Shown: positions 1 to 12,814, numbered from the whole stretch's first letter. The stretch is DNA of 63,269 nt, filler included, from Intoshia linei (GCA_001642005.1; 5 parts of 5 records of this genome joined end to end with filler, not necessarily neighbours in it); one strand, 5' to 3'. Notes: a model not told the origin generated them from the letters alone. Program-made: numbers and translations.

Positions 1-1021
1 CGATCCACACCACCCATGTAGGTATCATAATTTTTAACAACATTAGGTTTGGACATGATTGACTTGTTATTTCCAATAATCGATGGACTTAAATTTATGA
101 AATTATTCATTAAACTAAATACTTTTTTATCGTGCCAGGTTAAACAGTTTGTATCATTTTTTTGTTGCACCACAATCTCATTTATTCAAATTTTTTTTTA
201 AAGTTTTCATATTTTCTAATCCTCCTCTATTCATTCGTATTGTGCCACTACAATATATTAGTACGGAACGTAACTGATTAAAAAGATCGAAACTAGAATA
301 ATAATTATCTAAATATAATTTGTGGTTTTTTGTGTGTAGTTTTTTATAAGATGATTTACAATATTATTGATTTTGTTACTGTTTACATGCAAATAAAAAA
401 ATAATACATAACCGTTAGAGGAATCACAGCATATATACAACTTCATTCTTATTTTGGTGGGTTTGAAAGGCATGTATACTTTAAAAGAGTATCTTCCTTT
501 ATATTTGACCATGCCTTCATCTATAGACAAATGTTCTCCAGGTGAATACAAATAATTAAATTTGTCATTTAAATATTTTATAATATCTACAACTGATTTA
601 TCCACATCTCTTTTCCCAAATCATTGATATGAGTGGAGCCCATATTTATGAACCGATTAATTTCAGTAAATCGTTTGTAAGATAGTGCAGATTTAACTAA
701 ATTAACAGTAAAAAAATCATTGTAACAATAGTCCCTCAATTCAGGAAATCGATAAATACCCATAAACACAATAATCATAACGTATTTTCGAATTTCATAT
801 GTATTTACATTTTTAATAAATTTTGAATCAGGTTCATCACAAATTGATCGATGGATGCGTTCATTAGTTTGTAGTACCATGTAGTCAAATAATTCATTCG
901 TAAAAATCAAATAAAAAATTTTTTCAATAGCATCAGGAATTTCCACATTAATTTTTTTTTCACCAGTAAATATGGGATAAATTAAATTTTTTATTTCTGT
1001 TTTCCAGGTATTTTCCGACAT
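1..1021 (-). pseudogene. piggyBac transposase broken by frameshifts
   Basis: The reading frame switches near 600 and near 320, and DDD-domain motifs are still recognisable. Confidence 0.85.
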
Positions 1022-1260
1022 AATAATTTAACAGTAATTTGAAGACAAAAAAGATAGAATGTTAGTTACATCACAATAAATGTCAGTTTGACAGTCAAAT
1101 TCATATTTTTAGTTAAATACAAAGTACTTAAAGTTTTGCACTCAAAGTTCAACATGCTATTTTTGCGTTGTTCGTTTATGCAGTGTTTTTTAAACATGCT
1201 GTTTTTGCATAGTGGTAATTTTATTAACAGTGCAAAAATAGCATGTTATGTATGTAAGGG
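1..1260 (-). mobile_element. piggyBac-family DNA transposon, degenerate (PGBD4-like transposase), runs off the left edge
   Basis: The end reads TTAA|CCC on the minus strand (TTAA 1261-1264). Subterminal inverted repeats aacatgctatttttgc lie at about 1151, 1193 and 1231-1247. ORFs 587-1021 and 309-605 carry LSIDEGMVKYKGR and YMPFKPTK, and positions 1-30 read YDTYMGGVD. Confidence 0.9.
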
Positions 1261-1350
1261 TTAATGTTACAGATAACGCTTGGTTAATCGGTTTTCTATT
1301 ATGGTTATTATATTACCTGTTAAATATAAAAAAATTAAATTAAAAAATAC

Positions 1351-4132
1351 CAATTGAATGGAATTCTCTTTGCATTTTGATTTATCAATGTAAAACACAA
1401 ATACTTTTGAAACAAGTTCAGGCTCTTTTTCGTAATATTTCATAATTTCTTTAATAAATTTTCCAAGTTTCAAACTTAATTTAAACCGAGGTTTGTGACA
1501 ATTTTGATAGATATATTTTATGAGAAAGGTAAATGTTAACTAAATAGATAAAATTAAATTTTAAAAATAATCTAATAAATAAAATAATTCAAATTTTTCA
1601 GAAAGTCGGACTTTCCCACCTCTGAATTAGACTCTAGTACTAGAGGCTATATACCATAACGTATCGTTTGATAACAATTTTTAAGGGATCTATTTATTAT
1701 TTTCGGGTGGCATCTAGATTGGTAGGATCGGCTGTGTTCCATGTGGTCATATGCAGAGTCAAACCTACAATAACGAGACTCCTCTTCGATGCCTCGACGA
1801 AATTTTTGTAAAATGGGTCCTCCTTTTTCCTAATTGAGTATTAAAAAAGTATAATCTTAAATATCATCACGATTTTCTGTTAAATTTAACATATCACGTC
1901 GAGAGCATTAGAGCCGTGTCTAGGGCTATTTGACACTACGCATGGTTCATGAATTTTTTCAGGGTAGCATCAAACTGGGTAAGTTCAGCTCTGACCTGGA
2001 AGTCACAAAAATTTAAAAATGACTTTAACGATCCAAGTATATTGTATAAATAAAAAATAAATTTAAAAAAAAAATTACAGAATACCCAATCAAAATTCCA
2101 ACTTTACTGTTAATAACTCTTACGAGACTATGCTGATTTTCAAAATTGAAAGCAAAATATTTCACTTTTGAAATGTTAAAAAACATTAAAATTCAGAAAT
2201 TTCAAATATCATTGATTTGTAAAGTGAACAACTTAAATTTGGCTTAGAATTAGCAATAAAATATATTTAAATTTTAATTTATGACACGTAATTACAATCA
2301 CGTCGCGTGATTGTATTTTATTAGAATTATTATTTTATTGATGGCGCAAAGTAAACATTGATAATAAAATTAATTTTTACGCATATTACATGTTATTGTA
2401 TGAGCACTGCTCATATTTTATAAGTAATTTGTAATTTGTTCATAATTTATATTGGTACCGCCTTATTTTGGTTTGTATACCACGTTTGCATTACAAACCA
2501 ATGTAAATTTATAAGTATAGTTTTTGGTATCTATACATGCAATTGTCTCGTAAAGGTTAATTTAAAATTATATAAAACTAACCTTAATATAATTTACGGA
2601 ATTTTGAATACTACTATGCTTATAAAAATCATAAATGTTTCTCCAATAAGTTAATTTATCCACAAAGGTTTTGAATTTTGAAATACTTTTAGAAAAACTA
2701 GAATATTTCACATCCATTACTATAAAATAAATTAAAATTAAATAAATATATTTAAATTTAATTTGAATAATTGATTAAGATAAATAAACAATTTCAATAT
2801 CTAATCAAATATTTAACCATATAATTAATATTACCAAAAGATAAAATATCAGGATCAATATTTGAATCAACCACATTCTAAAAGAGTAATAAAATAAACA
2901 AAATAAAAACATACAATTTCTGATTTTTTCATTATAAAACCTAAAAATTATCTTTATAACGAATGTAATAATAATTTAGACCAGACATTTCAAATTCTGT
3001 TTATTATGGACTGTCCTTAAATTTGTTTACTTAGGAAGTCGCATAGTTTTGTACAGTATACTAGAAATGTAACACGACACGAACACGAATTTTAAAAATT
3101 ATTTCAATATGGTCTCAAGGACTAAGTTTAAATTTTGACAATAATAATCAGAAAATAATAACAATAGTAATTAGTAACAGCTTCACAAAATTTAGACGGA
3201 TATGGAATCGACCGGGTGTCATACAACAACATACATTCCAAGCTGAAAATGTCTGATGAAAAAAGATTACCGTCACTTAAAAAAACATCATTATCAATTT
3301 CATCGTTTTCATTTTGTGATTTTAATTCATGAATTTGATTGGAAATTGCTGTATGTAATGTTTGGTTTTGTTGTTCATTTAGGCCAATTTTTGATTGAAT
3401 GTCACCATTTTTTCTAAATTAAAGAAAAAATTAACAAATCTAACTAATAAATAAAAATATTACTCGGATAAATTGGATTTTTTTTGTATTAATTTATTGG
3501 GCTATATTAAAAAAATAATAAAATGAAAAAACATTCAAATACCATTTTCTTAGGATCGAATGATAACTGTCTAACCAATTTTCCATAATCTGAATCTATT
3601 GGTAAATTGTGAACGCTGTCAAATTTTTTTCGAAACTAATATAACAAATACAATAACATTTTAATTGTAAGTACCAAATTTTTTAAATTAACTTGCTGAG
3701 ATAATATTTTCCAAGTTTTGTCAATATCATTAGTCATATCATCGACTTGTTTCTGTTAAATTTTAAATTATAGTGATTATTTATATATTAACTCAAAACA
3801 AAGTTATTATAAGTTTTATAGTATTTTATAGAGCAAAACTAGAAAACAAATGATGAAAAAAAAAATTAGAATAAAATCCAAATCAAGTAATGAAACCTTT
3901 TCCAAATCTTGATCATACTGAAACGTATTTGTTTTATTTAATTCATTGTACTCTTCTAATAGTTGTGCACGTTTCTAAAATTAAATAACGATTCATTTGC
4001 GTATAAAAATACTTCATATTGATTGGAACCCGGTATTTTCTTATGTTTAAAAGTTTTTTGTGTTAATTTATCTACAATGACATCCTTGTTTTTTGATTTA
4101 GTAGTTTTTTTTAATGTTTTGCTTTTACCCAT
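1351..4132 (-). CDS. NOP14: NOP14-like nucleolar protein (SSU processome), multi-exon, 3' part probably beyond the left edge
   Basis: From ATG 4132 the spliced exons read KIPGSNQYE|KRAQLLEEYNELNKTNTF, DDMTNDIDKTWKIL, DSDYGKLVRQLSFDPKK, FLSDGFIM and LTFTFLIKYIYQNC. These follow in order the NOP14 blocks LLKEYK..KSNVF, LTEKLDQDW, DAYDMMVRELGFE, DLNDGFVL and LFGFLLEYV. The GT-AG introns are phase-consistent. Confidence 0.65.
1755..1830. repeat. Unclassified dispersed repeat; other copies at about 32745-32830 (+), 35440-35510 (-), 38016-38065 (-) and 54228-54300 (+)
   Basis: Shared core aacctac..gagactcctcttcg..ctcgacgaaattttt..aaaatgg. Confidence 0.55.
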
Positions 4133-4290
4133 AACGTATCACTTAATCGATCAATTGTTATAAAGTTCGAATCAAAAGTGTACGATAATATATAAAATAA
4201 TTTAATTCGATTTAATTTAAATTTAAATTTATTTATTACAAAGTATAAATTACAAATTACAAAATACAAAATCAATTCAACTATCAGGAA

Positions 4291-4989
4291 TCATGATTTA
4301 TGACTTAAAAAAATATATGTTCCATTTCCAAATTTGTAATATTCATCGTGTGTGGATTCTTTTGAAAATATAAGTGTTGAATATGTACAAATTGATGTAA
4401 ATTGAACTAGAAAAGCACACATTATCTGAGATGTTGGACTCAATAAGAAATGTGAACTCATATTTTCTATAAAATATAATACACACATAACATACAGACT
4501 TCCTTTTATGTATAACATCAAATGTTGATTGTAGAGTACCTTGTAAATGTTTGCTATGTCAAAAGATTCGTATACATTTTTTAGAGTGGGTTTTGATAGG
4601 AGGGTTAATAGTACTATGAAGGATATTTTTGTGTAATTGATTCTCATTTTATTAATATTAACATTTTTAACATAACGTGTTTGATTTTGTAGTGTGTGAA
4701 TTATCCAATAACACATATATGTTATTATAGGATAGAATATAAATGAATTGTATAGTTTTATTGTTAATTGATCCGAATGGAAATTGTCTATAAATTTTAA
4801 CAAGTTTTCCCTCCATTTTATATTACCAAATTGAGGTGGTGTAATGTACATTAGGTATAATATAGATCTAAATTTTTGATAGTATGTATATTTAATATCT
4901 AAATGCAATATGCTTTACAAATTTAGGATACTGTCTTGTGAGCAACATTGTACGAGTCTACAAGTGATGCGTAGATTTACGAAAAAAGC
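4291..4989 (-). CDS. Multi-pass membrane protein, 3' exons, family uncertain (weak MBOAT-like resemblance)
   Basis: A 205-codon hydrophobic ORF plus an in-phase upstream exon (about 4989-4934) across a 33-nt GT-AG intron. The 5' end was not found. Confidence 0.45.
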
Positions 4990-5000
4990 TACATTTATTA

Positions 5001-5544
5001 CAGTTGAAGTTCTTATTAATTTCAAATCCGTTAATATCGAATTTCCCCATAGTAACAAACTTGTTAACAGAATTTAATTATTTTAAATAAAAACCATTAA
5101 ATGGTGATATTTTTTGTTGTGAGTTTTTGAATAATACATAACGATGTAATATACACCAAACATTATAAACTGGTCTATATGGACTCCTGGGGTCCACAGC
5201 AGTTTTTTTGGGGTTTTTGAAAAATTTTAAATTATTTGCAAAAATAAAATAAGTTAAAAATGATATTTCTGCAATGATTGTAATAATTTCTAATTAAGGA
5301 CCTTTCATTAAATATCTATTAAAAATTTGATAAAAAACGTTATAAATTAACTCCTAATTAGTAAACAATGAGTATACTCAATCAGAATAGATCAAATAGA
5401 ATCTAGATTCTAGAGTTTTACAGATAAAATTTTTATTAATGAAATTTTAGGTTCATACAAATTCGTTTAGAAAAAATATATTTCAAGATTCCATTAAAAT
5501 GGAATTTCTGTTAACAAAAATTCCGTTAATAAGGACTAAGACTG
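5001..5544. mobile_element. pogo/Tigger-like MITE
   Basis: TA|CAGT...ACTG|TA ends with imperfect TIRs (cagttgaagttcttattaa versus cagtcttagtccttattaa). Confidence 0.6.
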
Positions 5545-5699
5545 TATTATGATCTAATTTTTTTCGTATTTACATTTTTGTTAGTAGGGTTAAAAAGCAT
5601 ACTATGTTAACTTTTTTTATATAGATCTGTATGTTATGGTCGAATAATCACAAGAATTTGTTTTTAAAATGTTAACGGGACATGGGTTAAATTTCAATC

Positions 5700-6641
5700 T
5701 GACATCATTGTACTTCTACACATTTCCAATAAAGACATATGGGTGAAAATCTATATAATTCATTCCTTCGGAAATTTTTTTCATTGCTAACCAATTTTTA
5801 AATTTCAAATTTTCATCTTCAAAACATTTTTTATAATCTTCAAATTTTAACACGACAGCAACGAATTTATAAAATTAAATTTATATTAACTGAAACGTTA
5901 TTTTTTTTATTAATAATTGTTACAAATTTAACATAAAATGGTATAAAGAAAAACTACATTCAGTAGCAAACAGTCCAAAATAATGAAGATGAGACGTCTC
6001 AAAAAGAACATGATATCCGAATCAAGTAAGACAATAATTGTTTTTTTAATTTTTTTCAATTAATTATCATACTGTATTCATTCTGATTTACATTTAGGAA
6101 AATTTTCAGTAGATAATCCAAACAACATAAATTATATAATCCTTTGCAATAATGGTAAAATTTGACTGAAATATTTATAAAGTAAAGATTCAATTAATTA
6201 TTGATACACAATTGGTATTTTTAAGTATTTATTAAATTGGTACTGAATATATGTCATCACATTGAAAATGACAAAATAGGTTTTTATAATTTTATTTTTT
6301 CTGGAATTTATGTTATTTATAACAATTTTTAGGATTGGACTGTTTTTACTTTATTTTTAATATTATAAACACATTTTGTCTAATAAATTAAAAAAATGGG
6401 ATAACAATTGTTTTTAAAATTCTTTACGCAAATATTAATTCACTTTAAAGTAAAAAGTAATGTGATATGATGGTTCCACCTGAAACAAAATTTGGGACCA
6501 CTCTTTTAAAAGATTGATAATAGTGAATAGTAGCATTTATAAGTTAGATTTTGAACATGAATTTATTTTTTTGGTATAATGAAAGAGTGCCCTCGGCGGA
6601 GCTAGGTGCTGTTTGTACGTAGTACAAAACTGCCAAGCTAG
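5700..6641 (+). mobile_element. Non-autonomous Helitron, 5'-truncated copy
   Basis: Shares the internal block acacatttccaataaagacatatgggtgaaaatc with other copies and ends in the hairpin tttgtac-gta-gtacaaa followed by CTAG|T (6638-6641). Confidence 0.8.
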
Positions 6642-6699
6642 TTATTTATATAAAATTGATATTTTTTACTCATCGAAAGCAGATACTGTATCCAATACA

Positions 6700-7060
6700 G
6701 TTTATTTGCAATTTTATTTTTTTGTGGAATTTAAACTATTTATGACAATTTTTAGGATTGTACTGTTTTGACTATATTTTTAAGATTATACATTCTCTAA
6801 TAAAGTGAATAAATAGAATCACAAAATTGTTTATAATATTCTTTACTAACCAAATTAAATTAAATGTGAATAATTGATTTTAAATTAAAAGGCTCTGTGA
6901 AATTCAAATTTAGCAACCACTCCTTCAAAGGATTGATAATAGTAAGTGCAGCATTATTAATTAAAATTATATTTAATTTATTTTTTTGGTAGTATTGAAA
7001 AAGTTGTCCCTCGGTAGAGCTAGGATTCTGTTTGTGCAAAGTACACAACAGACAAGCTAG
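6700..7060 (+). mobile_element. Second tandem Helitron 3' end
   Basis: Diverged repeat of about 6290-6641, ending in a hairpin plus CTAG|T at 7057-7060. Confidence 0.75.
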
Positions 7061-8943
7061 TACATTAATAAATTGGTCGCATTTGAAACAAATAAAGAAT
7101 ATGAAAATTTTTTCACAGCCGAATATATTTACTATTTTATACATCTTATTTAATTTAATTAAACCTATAAATTGAGTCGCCTGTGTAATAAAAATTATTT
7201 TTCATTTTGTTTATATGTGGTTTTAAAGAATAGTGGCATTTGTTTATATGTATACATAATATTAAAGGCAAGATCCTAAAATGAATAATATTAAGTTAAT
7301 TTATCAGACTGAATTACCATTTCAAAGAAAACATGAGATTAAATTTATAATCGTTTCAAGTGATTATGAATTTAGCGAATGTTGAATTATTTACATATAA
7401 TTGCATATCTACAAAATAAATAGTCTATAAAATTAGTTTGTACAGTTTGTTTTTCTAAATATCAAATTTTTTCAATGCGTTAATCGTTTTTGAAACTTTT
7501 TTAACAATTGAACGGATTATTTCAAGTAAAAAACTATATATATTGACTATTTATAATTTCATCAATATGAAATACAAGGGTATTGCAATGATTGGAAACT
7601 TTTATTGACTTGTGTACCCTAGAATTTTTAGAAAATGTATGAGAATTCTCTAATATACACTACATTTACTACAAAAGGGTTGATTGACAAATTTTGACGT
7701 TGTGTCAGTTAAAGAGAAACCGGTTAAATATTATTTATATCGGGCTTGATGCGGTAGTAAATAAACTAAAATAAAAATGTATGCTTAATATGCAATGCAT
7801 ACAAATATAAAGTTCAAATTTCGTAATGAATGCTAATGTTGGCACGTTTTTACTTTGATCCAATAAAAATATTGTTAATTCATATAATGAAACATTCCTT
7901 ACGTCACAGAACTTATAATTGATTCCAGGAAATGTGCCTGGAAAAGATTTATAATTATTCACAATAATATTAGTGAAGTAATGCTTAATTATTAATAAAG
8001 TTAATGTCATTTTTGAATGTAATGCTTCATCGGTATTTCATGATTCGATAAATCGACTCACATTTTTGGAAATACTACATGTAGTCATTAATTCCGATTC
8101 TCATAAGATTAAAAAAGGTGATATGCATTTCCATGTCGGAAATTGCATATTCGTCCCTAATTTGATGAAATTTATTACAACGTCTAAAAAAATCAAATTG
8201 TAATGGAATTTAAATTGAAAAATCATTTAAGTTATATTAAATTAAATAAGATATTGGCAGAATGCCATCTAAAGGTATATTCTCAATGGTTTTAGGTGTG
8301 TATTTTCTCTATATATTAAGGATACGTTTTTATAGTTATAATGTTCAATAAACATTAATACATATGTATATAAAAATTTACTCACCTTTCTAAAATGTAA
8401 TTGTGCATAATTGACAACATGATTGTGTGTGTTACTGTATACTAATAGAATTAAATGTCGTAAAATTTAAAAAACACAATCTAATGCAGTGTTTCGCAGA
8501 GGATGTTGATGTCTGTTTCATTTTCTCAATTTAATCCTTCAGGGTCAAAACCCCATCTGAACTTTTTTTTAAAAGTAAAATAAGCCCAAAAATTTAATAA
8601 AACTTATATTTTGGCTGCATTTTAAAATCATTAACATTAAAGTAAATCTCAACCTAAAAAAAGTTTAAGAATAAATTTTTGTTCGTCATTATAGATAAGT
8701 AGTTTTGGCTTTACATTTAACACCAATTAAACTAAATTTGATAGTACAGTGATATCTCGATTTAGTCATGTTCGATATCAATTTTAGTTTATTTGGAGTT
8801 AAATGTAAAGCCAAAATTACATATCTATGATTACAAAAATATCAACTATTATATGGTAGCTTTAATTTATTCATTATAAATTTAAGGCAATCTAAAATAA
8901 AGTGATATTCATCTGTTTACTTAAATTTTTATAAATAAATAAA

Positions 8944-11900
8944 ATGAAAAGCACAACTGTATTTTGTTCAATAAATCAATCCCTAACATAAATATTTAGG
9001 TAGACCATGATATGTTGAATACCTCAGAGTTGGGTTTTACCGGATTACCGAATCAAATTCATAGAAAAGTGACTAAGAAGGGATTCAAATACACAATTCT
9101 TATACTTGGTTTATTTTAATTTAAAAATATTTTGTCCAGTATTAATGCCTGTCAAATATCAATTAAATTTTTAATTTTAGGCGAAAGGGGACTAGGTAAA
9201 CGCAGTTTTATAAATAGCATATATTCAAAACCCATTTATCCTGATACTAAAAAAATGTCACTTAGTGGTAATGTTTATTTTTTATGTTAGCTTATTGTAT
9301 GATTTTATCTTAAATTGGTTTTTACGATTACATTTTGTATATTGAATAAAAGATTTACAATGTCAATATGCCTCATTATTTTAACATGAATTGATAATTA
9401 TTTTTGAATCTTGGAATGTCTCTTATTGTGGTTTCTCATCAATTCTCAAATATATTTACATTGGTACTAGATCCATTCGCTTCTTTGTCTCACTGATTCG
9501 TAGTTAACATATATTTCCGAAATTCAAAAAAATCTATTCTTTTAATTAGACTGAATTCGGTTCAAAATACGCATAAAATGTTACGGCGTTACGAATTGAA
9601 CTTATTATTTAAGTTATACATTTATGGTATTAATAAATTTTAAATTATAACCACAAAACGGTGTTTCACTTCTATGTTTTGATAAAGTAACACTTTAATT
9701 AAATTAATATAAGTACAGGTTATTCTCGATATTTTACACACACGATATTTTGACAAAACGTTAAATTATTCGCGATTATTTGACAAAATCTGAACTTCAT
9801 TTTTTAAGTAATTGACAAATTTTTAATTTGTACAGTAAAGTTATTGTTTTAATTTTCTGTTTGCGTAAATTGTGTTATCATTATCGTTAATTATATTTCC
9901 GTCTATATTTAAATTTATTAAATGCATCACTTATGTAGAATTAAATAATTGTAATTTAAATGACATAGTCATGCTTCGTGAATTTAGATATAAATTATGT
10001 AAAAAATAAATATTTTTATCTAATCTGTGTAGTATAGTGTACATTTTATTACTGTATTTTAGTTATATTATTTTAGTTTTAAATTAGGCTATTAATACTG
10101 TTTTTCGTCGATATTATTCATTATTATTTTTAAATTTACAAAGTATTGATTTTGCTTAAATATGATATACCGAAAAACTCGATTATAATGAAAAAATAAT
10201 TATTTTTTCGTTATATATTGTTCGATCATTATAAAAAATAAAATTGTTAATTCAGATAATTATATAATTGTTATTATATAAATATTGTGAATAATATTGT
10301 TATAGTTATTCGCGATTATTTGAACAAATATTTTTGTCAAAATATCGAGAATAACCTATAATTACTAAATTTTGCTATATAAATATTAAGATTTAGATTG
10401 TTAGTTATTCGCGATTATTTGAACAGTTTTTGCAACTATTTTTGTCAAAAAATCGAGAATAACCTGTATAATTATATAATTCTAATTAACACAAATGTCC
10501 TTAATTATATAATATGCTATGCAATATTTGTTTGTGTGTGTGTTACCGTTTATTTCAATAACTACCAGTCTTAAAATTTTATAAAGTCCACATTTCAAAT
10601 ACATTTTTTTTGCGTGTTAGCAAAATAAATTTCAACCTCCCAAACTCACATCTTACGGGTCAAAAAGTCCAATTGTCATTTTTTTGACAATCAAACGAGT
10701 TGGAGAATTTAAAAAAATATATAATCTGATACGAATTTTAAAATCATAAATATTATTATAAATTTAAAAAAAATATATCTTCAGGGCTAAAACCACTAAT
10801 TACCTTTTTTTTAATGTAAACAGCCCTAGAATTTAAAAAAATTTACAAGTAGGACAGTTGTATCCTGTTAACACATACAAAAAATTTCAATCTGAATAAG
10901 TGACCCCTTCACGATAAAAAAAGCATTTTAGTATTCATATATTATTTTTCCGCAATATTTTATTAAAACAAAAAATGTGAAATAATTGGCGGTATGAAAA
11001 TTAAAAAAAAAAATTATTCTGATAGAGCTTATTTCAGTTGATATAAATACAAAATGTCAACCCCAGAAATATACACATTCCCGGTGAAAAATATTTTTTA
11101 ATATATTATCAATTAATATTTTTCAAATAACAATTGAAAATGTAAATATTGATCCTACAATTTCAAAAAAAATGTGTATTGTACGCTACACATTTCCAAT
11201 TATAATAAAAATCTATATAATTAATTGCTACGCAATCTTTCAATCTTAAATTCTCATTTTCAAACATTGTTTTAAATTTAAATTAAAACTACAACAACGA
11301 ATTACTAAAAGTAATACAACTTTGTTATATCATTTTTATATTTATTTACAATCCTTTGCAATAATGGTAAAATTCACCTGATATATGTTTATAAAGTGCT
11401 GATTCCGTTAAATATTATTGATACATAATTGGTATTTTTAAGTTAGATTTTCAACATTAATTTATTTTTTGGTACAATAAAAATGTGCCCATCGGCAGAG
11501 CTACGTGCAGTTTGTACGTAGTACATAACAGTCAACCTAGTGTATTATAATAATTATCAAATATCGTTAGTTTTTTTCAATTTCCCTTAGATATTTTCAC
11601 CGTGCCCATCGGATCATATCGCTTATTTTTGGAACACTGCCCTTAAATCATCGCTCTAGTGTTTATCCCATTAAAATGTTAAAAAAAGTCTAAAATGTCT
11701 AAAAGAAAAAGTAACATACACTCGTGATTAGACATAACCTTACATTTGCTATGAGATAGTGGATACCACTATGATGTTAACAATATGCCTGTTATATACT
11801 TTATATACGGTAGTTGGAAAATATAGAATTGCTAACAAATTGCAAATGTTACCAAACGCATATTGTTAATTACTTTTTATAAAAGTAAATGATAAAACGG

Positions 11901-12672
11901 ATTATCATTTTCAATTTGTTACAGCGTTAAAAATTATTTAAATTCGACATATTGGTTTATTGATGATTCTTGCAAATTATTAATTAAGTTAATAAAATTG
12001 ATGAAACAGTTAGATCAGAATGTAATCAGCAATGCAATCTTATGTACAATTTCTACGGAAATTGAAGAAATTTATGCAATGTTATTATTACACTAGTCAA
12101 CAAAATGAAAACTATTTTTGAATACGTTCTCATTTGAATTTGTACATTTGAAAAAAATTTGTTTTGTTGAATATAAAAAGATGCTTCTAATATTTAATTT
12201 AACATTCAAAATGGATAATATTAAAACTAAAAATTTTGTTTTGTTCACAAAAAATAGTAGTTTTGTATAATAATATTATAACAAGTAACTTGTATAAGAC
12301 AATTAAAATGACTTACATACTCTACTTAATACTGTGCCAATTTTAAAGTTTTCGGTGTATAATGAGAATCAAAATCAGTGATTCATAAAGCTGATAAATC
12401 AGGGGTAACCACAATAAGGGCAGCCGAACATTATTATCTAACTTTAAAAATGTATAATTTAAATTGATAATACCAATTTATATCAAGTACATATTAATAT
12501 TATCACAATTACATTTAATTGTATGTTAATTTTATATTTTAGAACGCTGCGATGCAAAAATAAATATTGTTTCAAAATCAGTGGATTTTATAGAAAAAAG
12601 TATGAAATTAAATCTAAGTATTGTCGTAGCAGATGGTTTTGGTGATTCTCTTGATGAAAATATTGATGATAG
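8944..12672 (+). CDS. Septin (SEPT2/SEPT7-like N-terminal half), exons 8944-8958, 9000-9108, 9181-9267, 12543-12672; 3' exons not found
   Basis: Reads GFTGLPNQIHRKVTKKGFKYTILILGERGLGKRSFINSIY ... KLNLSIVVADGFGDSLD, compared with the septin consensus [40 protein letters not shown] ... KLRLTVVDTPGYGDAIN. Splice phases are consistent. Confidence 0.85.
9716..10466. mobile_element. pogo/Tigger-like MITE in a septin intron, with a duplicated right TIR
   Basis: TA|caggttattctcgat ... atcgagaataacctg|TA, with an extra right-TIR copy at about 10305-10358. Confidence 0.8.
10498..11540 (+). mobile_element. Non-autonomous Helitron with both ends (about 1.04 kb)
   Basis: 5' TCcttaattatataatatgc followed by a (TG)n tract; 3' hairpin gtttgtacgtagtacataac plus CTAG|T; no TSD. 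Confidence 0.85.
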
Positions 12673-12756
12673 GTTTTAAATCTTTTTATAAATGCGATAA
12701 ATATTTTTCCATGATTTTTTTTGATGCAATATATAGTTATATTATGGTGCACTATC

Positions 12757-12814
12757 AAAAGATCGTAAATCACATAATCATAAATCAAATTATCGTAAAT
12801 CAAAAGATTGTAAA
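12757..12814. repeat. 15-bp minisatellite, about 4 units
   Basis: Units read aaaagatcgtaaatc / acataatcataaatc / aaattatcgtaaatc / aaaagattgtaaa. Confidence 0.6.

Noticed and set aside
2295-2315. Short GC-containing hairpins (acaatcacg-tcg-cgtgattgt at about 2295; also about 5180 and 13775)
   Set aside because: They are too short to call ncRNAs or terminators and are most likely internal palindromes of decayed MITEs.
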